NCBI RefSeq assembly: GCF_022701215.1
Contig: NZ_CP089976.1
Coordinates: 1,996,237-2,028,236, forward strand
Reading direction: 5' to 3'
DNA length: 32,000 nt
DNA from: Moraxella nasovis
Lineage (GTDB): Bacteria > Pseudomonadota > Gammaproteobacteria > Pseudomonadales > Moraxellaceae
The notes beneath the pieces were generated by a model. That model was not told the origin of the DNA and made no database searches. It worked only from the letters and a program-made list of their open reading frames with translations. The position numbers and the translations under genes were made by a program. Below, one piece after another: positions 9,720 through 18,380 of the stretch (positions are counted from its first letter, which is position 1; every line of letters begins with the position of its first letter).

Positions 9720-11138
9720 ATGGTAGGCAAAACCCTATACGATAAATTATGGCAAGACCATTTGGTCAAACAGCGTGATGATGGCTCGGCACTCATCTAT
9801 ATTGACCGCCATTTATTGCATGAAGTAACTAGCCCCCAAGCTTTTGAAGGCTTATCTTTGGCAGGGCGGACACCTTGGCGATTGTCTGCTAATATCGCAA
9901 CGCCTGACCATAACGTCCCCACTTCCACTTTTGAGCGTACACAAGGCATTAGCGGCATTAGCGATGACATCTCACGCATTCAAGTCAAAACGCTTGATGA
10001 CAACTGCAAAAATTTTAATGTCATGCAGTTTGGTATTAATGACGAACGCCAAGGCATTGTGCATGTGGTCGGGCCTGAGCAAGGGCTTGTTTTACCGGGT
10101 ATGACGGTGGTGTGCGGTGATAGTCATACTGCCACGCATGGGGCTTTGGGCTGTTTGGCACATGGTATTGGCACAAGTGAAGTGGAACACGTCTTGGCAA
10201 CAGGGTGCTTGATTGCCAAAAAAATGAAAAATATGCGTATCGTGGTTGATGGCAGACTTGCCAAAGGCGTAACGCCAAAAGACGTGGTGCTGGCGATTAT
10301 CGGTAACATTGGTACGGCTGGTGGTACAGGCTATGCCATTGAATTTGCAGGCGAAGTATTCAATGATATGTCTATTGAAGGGCGTATGACTGTTTGTAAT
10401 ATGGCGATTGAAGCTGGGGCAAGGGTGGGACTTGTGGCGGTGGACGATAAAACCATTGACTATGTCAAAGGTCGTCCTTATGCACCCACAGGCGAGGATT
10501 GGGAGTGTGCGGCTACTTATTGGCGGTCGTTGCATTCTGACGAAGGGGCTGTCTTTGATAAAGAGATTTGGCTTGATGGCAGTCAAATTGCACCGCAGGT
10601 ATCGTGGGGGACATCGCCTGAAATGGTGGTGGACATCACCCAATCTGTTCCGACTTTGCAGATGGCAAAAGATGAGACGCAAAAGGCAGATTGGCAACGT
10701 GCCTATGCTTATATGGGGCTGACAGCAGGTCAGTCATTAAGCGACATCAAGCTTGACCGTGTATTTATTGGGTCGTGTACCAATTCACGCATTGAAGATT
10801 TGCGAGCGGCGGCAAGCGTGATAAAAGGTCGCAAAGTAGCGGATACTATCAAAGAAGCGTTGGTGGTGGCAGGCTCTGGATTGGTTAAAGCCCAAGCCGA
10901 ACAAGAAGGTTTGGACAAAATCTTTAAAGAGGCAGGGTTTGAATGGCGGCAGCCGGGGTGTTCTATGTGCCTTGCGATGAATGCTGATAAACTTAAAGCA
11001 GGTGAGCATTGTGCCAGTACCAGTAACCGTAATTTTGAAGGTCGTCAAGGCAATGGTGGACGCACGCACCTTGTCAGTCCAGAAATGGCGGCAGCGGCAG
11101 CGATAGCAGGGCATTTTGTGGACGTGCGGACGTTTTGA
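9720..11138 (+). CDS. leuC: 3-isopropylmalate dehydratase large subunit
   Basis: Aconitase-family motifs are present: [33 protein letters not shown] and CSMCLAMN (Fe-S ligands). Length is 472 aa. Confidence 0.97.
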   Translation: MVGKTLYDKLWQDHLVKQRDDGSALIYIDRHLLHEVTSPQAFEGLSLAGRTPWRLSANIATPDHNVPTSTFERTQGISGISDDISRIQVKTLDDNCKNFNVMQFGINDERQGIVHVVGPEQGLVLPGMTVVCGDSHTATHGALGCLAHGIGTSEVEHVLATGCLIAKKMKNMRIVVDGRLAKGVTPKDVVLAIIGNIGTAGGTGYAIEFAGEVFNDMSIEGRMTVCNMAIEAGARVGLVAVDDKTIDYVKGRPYAPTGEDWECAATYWRSLHSDEGAVFDKEIWLDGSQIAPQVSWGTSPEMVVDITQSVPTLQMAKDETQKADWQRAYAYMGLTAGQSLSDIKLDRVFIGSCTNSRIEDLRAAASVIKGRKVADTIKEALVVAGSGLVKAQAEQEGLDKIFKEAGFEWRQPGCSMCLAMNADKLKAGEHCASTSNRNFEGRQGNGGRTHLVSPEMAAAAAIAGHFVDVRTF

Positions 11139-11146
11139 TTTTGACC

Positions 11147-11182
11147 AATGAACGCGCTAAGATAAACTAGTGCGTTCATTTT
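11147..11182 (+). terminator. Terminator-like hairpin directly after leuC
   Basis: AATGAACGC (11147-11155) pairs with GCGTTCATT (11172-11180) around a 16-nt loop, followed by TT. Confidence 0.5.
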
Positions 11183-11192
11183 GGAGAAAATT

Positions 11193-11379
11193 ATGCTGTT
11201 ATCAATTTTTGAGCAACATTAATCAAATGGTTCAGCATTTGGATAATGCCGTCAAAATACAATTGATTGAGCAGTTACAAAAAGATATTGCCAATAAACC
11301 ACCTGATGATTTATCAAAATTCACCCCAAGAAATGATTTGGTTGTGGGTAACTTTGATGATTTGGGAAATATCAGTTAG
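11193..11379 (+). pseudogene. Possible degenerate antitoxin gene of a VapBC-like pair
   Basis: A good SD and start (GGAGAAAATTATG, 11193) opens a 9-codon frame that stops. The long frame (from ATG 11227, ...IEQLQKDIANKPPDDLSKF...) has no Shine-Dalgarno and ends 16 nt before the PIN-like ORF. Assignment rests on position only. Confidence 0.3.
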
Positions 11380-11395
11380 GAAAAGGAGTTAAGTC

Positions 11396-11593
11396 TTGAA
11401 TTTCCCCAATAGTGTATGTCTTGATACTCATGCGGTTGTTTGGCTTGAAAATGGCGAAATATATAGATTTGGTAAACGGTCGCTAGATTATTTGGCAAAT
11501 TGTCGTTTGCTGATACAGTTATTTAAAATATTGCTAATAAAGCAAATTTTAATATTTACCAAAAATCTTGGTTTGATAAAAATCTTGGTTTGA
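11396..11593 (+). pseudogene. Truncated PIN-domain (VapC-like) toxin gene
   Basis: TTG start follows AAGGAG. The N-terminus ...VCLDTHAVVWLENGE... matches the LLDTHxxxW motif that opens VapC/PIN toxins. After about 40 codons the frame runs into the 17-bp tandem repeat and loses PIN features. Confidence 0.5.
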
Positions 11594-11663
11594 TAAAAAT
11601 CTTGGTTTGATAAAAATCTTGGTTTGATAAAAATCTTGGTTTGATAAAAATCTTGGTTTGATG
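11562..11663. repeat. Tandem repeat, 17-bp unit AAAATCTTGGTTTGATA x6
   Basis: Period 17 was read directly: TCTTGG starts at 11566, 11583, 11600, 11617, 11634 and 11651. Five copies are perfect and the last has 16/17 matches. Confidence 0.95.
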
Positions 11664-11849
11664 CTGTTAATATCGCCTTGCATTGCAATTTTACTAAAGA
11701 CGCATTTGACGCTTGATTATCACACATGCCATGATAGATAATAGCATGCTAATCAGTACAGATGAAAAAAATTAACTAAGCATTATACCAATTATGTTTG
11801 GTAAAATTTCAGCAATTAAATTTTGTAAAACAATCACAAGGAAAATCCC

Positions 11850-12380
11850 ATGAATCTAACTGCCAACACCTACCTAGATGTCCGTAATCCCACCCAGCCC
11901 ACAGGCGAGATGATATTGACCTGTGCCGATATTGCCAATGAAAGCACATTATCTAATGACTATGTCGCCAATATTTGGGGCTATACAGGGGGTAATATCA
12001 GCCCAGAATTGATGTGGCAAAATGCCCCCAAAGACACCAAAAGTTTTGTCATCACGCTATTTGACCCTGACGCACCCACAGGCTCTGGCTTTTGGCATTG
12101 GAATGTGTTTAATATTCCTGCTGATTGGACGGCATTACCCAAAAATAAATCCAATGATTTTGGTGATGGTATTATTGAGCTTAAAAATGACGCAGGACTA
12201 ACTGGCTTTATTGGGGCATTTCCACCCAAAGGCGATAAACCACACCGCTATATTTTTACGCTATACGCCCTAAATGAAAAACTGGATTTAAACAATAGCA
12301 TTAGCCCTGCGGTATTGGGATTTAATTTAAATGGTAAAGTTTTGGCGACAGCTAAATTGACGGCTTATTATCATTGGTAA
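11850..12380 (+). CDS. YbhB/YbcL-family PEBP (Raf kinase inhibitor-like) protein
   Basis: GGNISPELMW..., TLFDPDAPTGSGFWHWNVFNIPA and PPKGDKPHRYIFTLYAL closely parallel E. coli YbhB. AAGGA lies 8 nt before the ATG. Confidence 0.88.
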   Translation: MNLTANTYLDVRNPTQPTGEMILTCADIANESTLSNDYVANIWGYTGGNISPELMWQNAPKDTKSFVITLFDPDAPTGSGFWHWNVFNIPADWTALPKNKSNDFGDGIIELKNDAGLTGFIGAFPPKGDKPHRYIFTLYALNEKLDLNNSISPAVLGFNLNGKVLATAKLTAYYHW

Positions 12381-12390
12381 TTATTGAACA

Positions 12391-12768
12391 ATGAAAGAAA
12401 ATAGCGATTTTTTAGACTTTTATAGAAATATCACATTTTCTGATAACTATGATGTTAATTCATTTATTGGTAAATGGATTGATGATGCGATTTGGTCGGA
12501 TGAAGAGTATATCAAATTAGAAAAATCGCTATTGACTATTCAAAAAGCATATCCCTATCCAACCGATATTCCAAGAGAAATTATCATATCACTTTATAGA
12601 ATTATTGAGTTGATGATGATACCAAATTGGTTAGATTTTGATGTTGAAAAATCCAATCTGAATGATGAGAGTGATATCTTTGATAGATTTGAGAGATTAA
12701 AATTGGTCATTTCTTATGTTTTGTCTGGCAATGATATTCAAGAAATAGGATTTGGTTATAATCCATAA
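12391..12768 (+). CDS. Hypothetical acidic protein (125 aa)
   Basis: Clean ORF 10 nt after the PEBP stop. AT-rich codon usage. No recognisable motif. Confidence 0.6.
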   Translation: MKENSDFLDFYRNITFSDNYDVNSFIGKWIDDAIWSDEEYIKLEKSLLTIQKAYPYPTDIPREIIISLYRIIELMMIPNWLDFDVEKSNLNDESDIFDRFERLKLVISYVLSGNDIQEIGFGYNP

Positions 12769-12831
12769 TTATTTGTTAAAATTAAGGCAATCTATTTGGA
12801 TTATCTTATTTTTTTGAAATTAAGGTGTAAA

Positions 12832-13479
12832 ATGAAAAAATACCTAACCGAAATCGGCATTGTTGCCCCATTAGACCGTGCCAATGTAGATACCGATTTA
12901 ATTATCCCCAAGCAGTTTTTAAAATCCATCAAACGCACAGGGTTTGGTGATAATTTATTTGATGAACTGCGTTATTTGGACGAAGGCTACTTGGGGCAAG
13001 ACATCAATAAACGCCCCAAAAATCCTGATTTTATCTTAAATCAAGACCGCTATGCCAACGCCACCATCTTGCTTGCTCGTGCTAATTTTGGCTGTGGGTC
13101 TAGCCGTGAACACGCACCGTGGGCGTTGAATGAATTTGGGTTTCGCACGGTGATCGCCCCAAGTTTTGCTGATATTTTTTATAATAACTGTTTTAAAAAC
13201 GGAATGCTCCCTGTTATTTTAAAAGAAAGTGAAATTGATGAATTATTCAAAGAATGTTTTGATAATATCGGCTACCAATTAACGGTGGATTTGGCAAATC
13301 AAAAAGTGATTAGCCCAAGTGGTAAAGAATACCATTTTGAAGTTGATGAATTTCGTAAGCATTGCTTGCTTAATGGCTTAGATGATATTGGTTTGACGTT
13401 GCAAAATAGCGATGAAATTCGTGCCTTTGAAGAAAAGGCGAGAGCGGATAGACCTTGGGTGTTTAGAGAGTTAAGATGA
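12832..13479 (+). CDS. leuD: 3-isopropylmalate dehydratase small subunit
   Basis: [31 protein letters not shown] and [18 protein letters not shown] 12832 follows AAGGTG. Confidence 0.95.
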   Translation: MKKYLTEIGIVAPLDRANVDTDLIIPKQFLKSIKRTGFGDNLFDELRYLDEGYLGQDINKRPKNPDFILNQDRYANATILLARANFGCGSSREHAPWALNEFGFRTVIAPSFADIFYNNCFKNGMLPVILKESEIDELFKECFDNIGYQLTVDLANQKVISPSGKEYHFEVDEFRKHCLLNGLDDIGLTLQNSDEIRAFEEKARADRPWVFRELR

Positions 13480-14122
13480 ATGAAAAACTTATTTTTATCA
13501 TCTTCTTTGTTTGATGTTGCAAAATTTTTGCCGAGTTTTTTAAGTGGTATTGACAAAAATAAGCAATTTAAAAGCGTGGCTTTTATTGATGTTGCCAGTC
13601 AAATAGAAGAGTATAAAGCCAATATTGACCGTGCCAAATGTGCTTTTGATGAGCTTGGTTTTTTGATTGAAATGATTGACTTTAACCAATCATCTGATGA
13701 CATCAAAAAATCCATTGTTTATTGCGATATGGTTTATGTTGCTGGTGGTAATACGCCTTATTTATTAGAGAAATTAAAAGCCAAAAATTTATTAGAGCAA
13801 TTAAAAGCCAAAAAGATTGATGTTTTTTTTAATTGAATGGATTGGACAAGGCAAACCCTATATCGGTGAGAGTGCAGGCAGTGCCATTTTGGCTCAGGAT
13901 ATTAAATATATTTTACCACTAGAAAATGAAGTAGAGCGATTTGATGATTTTGTTGGATTGGGTGTGATAGATTTTTATCCTTTGGTGCATTTTGGTGATA
14001 AACCATTTGATGAAGCTACCAAAACGATTTTTGATAATTATTCATCAAAAGATAAAATGATAGCATTAAACAATCGGCAAGCATTGATAATCTATGACAA
14101 TAAAATGTTAATTCCATCTTAA
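13480..14122 (+). pseudogene. S51 (peptidase E-like) serine peptidase gene split by a frameshift in a T8 tract
   Basis: ORF A (13480-13836) carries VYVAGGNTPYLL. ORF B (13817-14122, +1 frame) carries YIGESAGSAIL (GxSAG nucleophile elbow). The frames meet at the T8 run 13823-13830, and removing one T fuses them into a product of about 212 aa. Confidence 0.75.
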
Positions 14123-14142
14123 TTAAATCAAAAGGTAATCCT

Positions 14143-15213
14143 ATGACCAAACACATCGCCATCTTAGAAGGAGATGGTATTGGACCTGAAATTATCCAGC
14201 AGGCGGTCAAAGTCTTGGATAAATTAAAATCGCAAGGGCTTGACGTGTCCTATGAATACGGACTTTTGGGCGGGTCGGCATATGACAAGTACGGCAAGCC
14301 TTACCCAGATGAGACCCGCACGCTTTGCCAAAAGGCGGATGCCGTACTGCTTGGGGCGGTGGGGTCGCCACAGTATGACAGCTTGCCACGAGATGTCCGC
14401 CCTGAACGTGGACTACTTGCCATTCGCCGTGATTTAAATTTATTTGCCAATCTGCGTCCTGCGATTTTATATAAGGAGCTGGCGAACGCTTCTACTTTAA
14501 AGCCTGATGTGGTGGCAGGGCTTGATATTTTGATAGTCAGAGAGCTGACAGGCGACATTTATTTTGGCGAGCCACGGGGTATTCGTGTGCTTGAAAACGG
14601 CGAGCGTGAAGGCTTTAATACGATGAAATATTCAGAGAGCGAGATTTATCGTATCGCCCATGTGTCGTTTAGGTCGGCTCAAAAACGACACAAAAAACTG
14701 TGTAGCGTAGACAAAGCCAATGTGTTAGAAACCACCGAGCTTTGGAGACAGATTTTTAATGACGTTGCCAAAGAGTATCCAGATGTTGAGCTTAGTCATA
14801 TGTATGTGGACAATGCGGCAATGCAACTTGTCAAAAACCCCAAACAGTTTGATGTGATTGCCACAGGTAATATTTTTGGTGATATTTTGTCAGATTTGGC
14901 AAGTATGCTCACAGGCTCCATCGGTATGCTCCCATCAGCCAGCCTAAATGAGACTGGCAAAGGGCTGTATGAGCCAAGCCATGGCTCAGCCCCTGATATT
15001 GCAGGTCTTGATAAAGCCAATCCACTTGCCACGATTTTGTCACTCGCCATGCTTGTGCGGTATAGTTTGGGTGATGAAAGCCGTGCTGTACAAATTGAGA
15101 CAGCGGTACAAAACGTGCTAAAACAAGGCTATCGTACAGCGGATATTTTTGAAGATGGTTGTACGCTTGTTGGCTGTGAACAAATGGGGGATTTGGTAGC
15201 TAATTGCCTGTAA
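14143..15213 (+). CDS. leuB: 3-isopropylmalate dehydrogenase
   Basis: [47 protein letters not shown] and [12 protein letters not shown]. Length is 356 aa. Confidence 0.97.
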   Translation: MTKHIAILEGDGIGPEIIQQAVKVLDKLKSQGLDVSYEYGLLGGSAYDKYGKPYPDETRTLCQKADAVLLGAVGSPQYDSLPRDVRPERGLLAIRRDLNLFANLRPAILYKELANASTLKPDVVAGLDILIVRELTGDIYFGEPRGIRVLENGEREGFNTMKYSESEIYRIAHVSFRSAQKRHKKLCSVDKANVLETTELWRQIFNDVAKEYPDVELSHMYVDNAAMQLVKNPKQFDVIATGNIFGDILSDLASMLTGSIGMLPSASLNETGKGLYEPSHGSAPDIAGLDKANPLATILSLAMLVRYSLGDESRAVQIETAVQNVLKQGYRTADIFEDGCTLVGCEQMGDLVANCL

Positions 15214-15240
15214 TTTTTTGATTGATCGAACATGAGAATA

Positions 15241-15275
15241 AATCGGGATTGGGTATCAGTTCCGATTTTATTATT
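15241..15275 (+). terminator. Probable intrinsic terminator after leuB
   Basis: AATCGG (15241-15246) pairs with CCGATT (15262-15267), followed by TTTATTATTTT. Confidence 0.5.
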
Positions 15276-15361
15276 TTATAGGCAGATATTTTATTTTCAC
15301 ATTGTCGGGTGGTGGTTTTTTATTGTAAAATGGTTGATAAGTCATTTTTAAGGGGGATAAG

Positions 15362-16270
15362 ATGAGATTAAAAGTATTAACAGGCGTAATTTTAGTGGTG
15401 CTTGGTTTGGCAGGGTGTCAAGATGCCAACACTTTTCAAAGACCTGTGGTTAATCAAGAGCAAAACGCCACCACGCCAAAAATTGATGAGCAAAAAAGCA
15501 TTTCTGATACGCTAAAGGCGGTTGATGAGAATCTTGCCAATGTCGCCAAAGGCATTAAAAAAGTAACTTTTAAGGAAGTGCCGGTAGAATACACCCTTCC
15601 AAAATCAGTCTCATCGGTGTGTAAAGCTGAACCAGATTGGGAAAAACAAGAAATCGCCTGCCCAAATATCAATATCTCAGTAGCCGACGTTGAACCTAAA
15701 TGGATTGAGCGGTCGGTTAATCTTGCCATTACAAATGATGATAATCCAAAATTACTCAAATTTCGCCGTGCTTTGGACAAGTTTGCCGTAAGTCAAGTCA
15801 GTGATGGCTACTCAACGCCATACCTTTGGGAACTTAAGCCCACCTACTTAGGCATGCATAATAATTTAGCACAATTTGCTGTAACTGAAGACATGTATCT
15901 TGGTGGTGCTCATGGCATGCAGTCAGAGACATATTTAGTTTATGATTTGGATTTGGGCAGTAGAATCCAGTTGTACGATATTGAAAAAGATGATTTGATC
16001 GATAGTGAATTATCGCTTTATACGCTGGCAACCGATGCTTATGACGACTATTTAAAGCAGCAATTAGAAGATAGCCAAAGCATCGAACAGCACAAAAGTG
16101 ATTATCCACTTGAGCTTACCGAAGATTTTTATTTTGATGAACAAGGCCTGATACTGCATTATAATCCTTATCGTCTTGGCCCTTATGCTATGGGCCCAAT
16201 TGAGTTAATCATCCCTTATCGCAGCTTAAAAGGCGTGATTCGTGATGAATATTTGCCTGCCATGAAATAA
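15362..16270 (+). CDS. Lipoprotein, DUF3298/DUF4163-like (family assignment tentative)
   Basis: Lipobox LAGC (MRLKVLTGVILVVLGLAGC). The YLGGAHGM motif is typical of DUF3298-type proteins. Length is 302 aa. Confidence 0.75.
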   Translation: MRLKVLTGVILVVLGLAGCQDANTFQRPVVNQEQNATTPKIDEQKSISDTLKAVDENLANVAKGIKKVTFKEVPVEYTLPKSVSSVCKAEPDWEKQEIACPNINISVADVEPKWIERSVNLAITNDDNPKLLKFRRALDKFAVSQVSDGYSTPYLWELKPTYLGMHNNLAQFAVTEDMYLGGAHGMQSETYLVYDLDLGSRIQLYDIEKDDLIDSELSLYTLATDAYDDYLKQQLEDSQSIEQHKSDYPLELTEDFYFDEQGLILHYNPYRLGPYAMGPIELIIPYRSLKGVIRDEYLPAMK

Positions 16271-16332
16271 TAAAAACACCTGAGTACTGTTATACGCATT
16301 AAATTATGCGATAATTTAACAAATAATACACA

Positions 16333-16368
16333 ATATCATTTGATAATGGTTATTTATTAGGTTATAAT
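16333..16368 (+). promoter_or_regulatory. Candidate sigma70 promoter of tonB-exbB-exbD with an overlapping Fur-like site
   Basis: TTGATA (16340-16345), a 17-nt spacer, then TATAAT (16363-16368). The -35 is embedded in ATATCATTTGATAATGG, which contains ATCATT/GATAAT Fur-type hexamers. Confidence 0.45.
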
Positions 16369-16399
16369 GTGTTAAAATTTAATGGCGTGAGCGGTATTC

Positions 16400-17287
16400 A
16401 TGAGTGATCTATTGAGTAAATCTTCTGGACAACGAAACTTAGCAATTGGCATAGCGGTGGCAATACACGGTTTAGTAGGGCTGGGGCTGTCGTTTATGCC
16501 AACAATGACCATCAAACCCATTGAGCCAACTAAACCGCTTGAAATTCAAATGATCTCGATTAATAACGAGCAATCAGAAGAGCCGACAAAACAGATGCCA
16601 AAGCCTGTGGTAGAGCCTAAGGTGACGCCCAAGCCCGTTGTAGAACCCAAGCCTGTAGTTGAGCCTAAGCCTGTGGTAGAACCTAAACCTGTGGTGAAGC
16701 CTGTGCCGACACCAAAAGTGGAAACGCCCAGGCCTGTCATCGCAACGGAAAAACCAGCACCAACCCCTCATGCGGTAGAAAAACCACAACCCAAGCCTGA
16801 AGTAGCCGAGCCTGTAAAAACAGCAACACCAAAGACTGAAAAAGTAGAGCCTATCTCTGCACCACCACAGCCCGAACAAGCACCAGTCAGCTCTAAGCCG
16901 CCAAATGAACCAGCTCCTAAATCTAGTCAGCCAAGTAAGCCTGCTCCAGCTGCTGAGAAAAATACTACGACAGAGCTGACCAATCAAGATTTGACAAATC
17001 AGATTAATGCCAGCTGGAAAAGAAAGCCAAGATTAGAGACGATCGATATAGATGATGTTGGCAAAAGAAGCTTGCTTGGTACGACAGTCAGCACGAATAT
17101 TAAACTTTCCATCGATAAAGATGGCAAAATTACTTCGGTATCTGGAATTGATCTTGGTGACGCACGTCTAAATAAAAAAGTGGAGCATCTGATTCTAGCA
17201 GGGCGATTCCACCCCTTTAAAAATGCTAATGGGCAACCGATGTCAGGGCATGCTAGTTGGACCATCAACATTACTATCCCTGATTAG
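16400..17287 (+). CDS. tonB: Energy transducer TonB
   Basis: N-terminal TM segment with a conserved His (IAVAIHGLVGL). A long Pro-rich spacer includes KPVVEP repeats. The C-terminal TonB-type domain is (...AGRFHPFKNANGQP...). Confidence 0.88.
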   Translation: MSDLLSKSSGQRNLAIGIAVAIHGLVGLGLSFMPTMTIKPIEPTKPLEIQMISINNEQSEEPTKQMPKPVVEPKVTPKPVVEPKPVVEPKPVVEPKPVVKPVPTPKVETPRPVIATEKPAPTPHAVEKPQPKPEVAEPVKTATPKTEKVEPISAPPQPEQAPVSSKPPNEPAPKSSQPSKPAPAAEKNTTTELTNQDLTNQINASWKRKPRLETIDIDDVGKRSLLGTTVSTNIKLSIDKDGKITSVSGIDLGDARLNKKVEHLILAGRFHPFKNANGQPMSGHASWTINITIPD

Positions 17288-17348
17288 GCTATCCCTGATT
17301 AGTTTAGTTTATATCATCATTTAACAATTTAATTTTTAAGGAATTTTT

Positions 17349-17903
17349 ATGAATTTTGCACATTATTGGCAGTACACTGATGCTGTAAGCAAGACACTAT
17401 TTTTTATTTTGTTCGCTCTTTCGGTCTTGTCGTGGGTTGTGGGTATTTTACGCATATTAAAATCTCGTAAACTTGCAAATGACATCGCAAGCGATTTACA
17501 ATCAACCATCACTTCTAAGCAAAACGACTTATCCAAGCTAGAATTTAGTCAGCGTAAAATGGTAGCAGAACAAACCCTACTCCAAAAAATCGCTCAGTAC
17601 CGTTTTGAATCTGAAAAAGGGTTGCCTGTGCTTGGTACGACGGCTGCAATCGCGCCGTTTATTGGGTTATTTGGTACAGTGTGGGGGATTTTTCACGCTT
17701 TACATAGCATTGCTGAAAGCGGTCAGGCAGGCTTAGCTCAAGTGGCAGGACCTGTGGGTGAAGCTCTCATCATGACAGCATTGGGGTTGGCAGTGGCTAT
17801 TCCTGCTGTGGTCTTTTTTAATATCGCTACCCGTCTTAATAAGCGAGCCATGCATGTCGCCACCGATACTGCTCATCTAATTCTTGCTAAAACCGCAAGC
17901 TAG
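17349..17903 (+). CDS. exbB: MotA/TolQ/ExbB-family proton channel (ExbB)
   Basis: LGTTAAIAPFIGLFGTVWGI and GPVGEALIMTALGLAVAIPAVVFFN. It sits between tonB and exbD. Confidence 0.9.
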   Translation: MNFAHYWQYTDAVSKTLFFILFALSVLSWVVGILRILKSRKLANDIASDLQSTITSKQNDLSKLEFSQRKMVAEQTLLQKIAQYRFESEKGLPVLGTTAAIAPFIGLFGTVWGIFHALHSIAESGQAGLAQVAGPVGEALIMTALGLAVAIPAVVFFNIATRLNKRAMHVATDTAHLILAKTAS

Positions 17904-17912
17904 GAGAACATT

Positions 17913-18314
17913 ATGGCTTTTGAATTAGGCGATAGCCAAGACCAAGGTATGAGCGAGATTAATCTTATTCCACTCATTGATATTATGCTAGTTTTGATGA
18001 TTATCTTTTTGGTAACGGCAACGGTGCTAAATCCAAGCGTTCCACTTGATTTGCCAAAAACGACAGCTCAAATCAATCAGCTGCCACCAAAGGTTATCCA
18101 AGTGAGTATCGATGCCAATGAGACTATTTTTTGGGATGATCAAAAAATCAGCATTGACGAGTTACAAGCTCGATTTGCCAAAGCAGCTAGTGGCGATGAA
18201 GATCCACAAGTGCAGCTAAGAGCAGACAAAAATGGCAAATATGATACGGTTGCTCAAGTTTTGGCAAGTGCCAGCACAGCAGGACTATCAAAGATTGCTT
18301 TTGTGAATGACTAA
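17913..18314 (+). CDS. exbD: Biopolymer transport protein ExbD
   Basis: EINLIPLIDIMLVLMIIFLV TM motif followed by an ExbD/TolR-type periplasmic domain. It starts 9 nt after the exbB stop. Confidence 0.9.
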   Translation: MAFELGDSQDQGMSEINLIPLIDIMLVLMIIFLVTATVLNPSVPLDLPKTTAQINQLPPKVIQVSIDANETIFWDDQKISIDELQARFAKAASGDEDPQVQLRADKNGKYDTVAQVLASASTAGLSKIAFVND

Positions 18315-18335
18315 ATTTTCATAAAATGACCAAAG

Positions 18336-18360
18336 CCGCTCCATATAAGGGGCGGTTTTT
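18336..18360. terminator. Bidirectional terminator between exbD and the RnfB-like gene
   Basis: CCGCTCC / GGGGCGG form a stem (one G.U pair) with a 6-nt loop, followed by T5 (18356-18360). An A-run lies upstream. Confidence 0.7.
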
Positions 18361-18380
18361 AATGGGTGGATTAGGGTTCA

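Noticed and set aside
9797-11114. Many 60-200-aa ORFs on both strands inside leuC (for example 10092-10697 on the minus strand)
   Set aside because: They lie entirely within a strongly supported leuC reading frame. They have odd Cys/Arg/His-rich composition and no start context, so they are typical shadow ORFs.
11488-11727. Minus-strand ORF with repeated QDFYQTKIFIKPRFL peptide
   Set aside because: It is an artefact of translating the 17-bp x6 tandem repeat. The 17-nt period cycles through all three frames every 51 nt, and there is no start context.
16546-17271. Antisense and alternative-frame ORFs inside tonB (16546-16740, 16574-16987, 16999-17271)
   Set aside because: They are generated by the reverse complement of the Pro-rich repeat (Gly/Trp/Arg-rich nonsense). 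The TonB frame explains the region.
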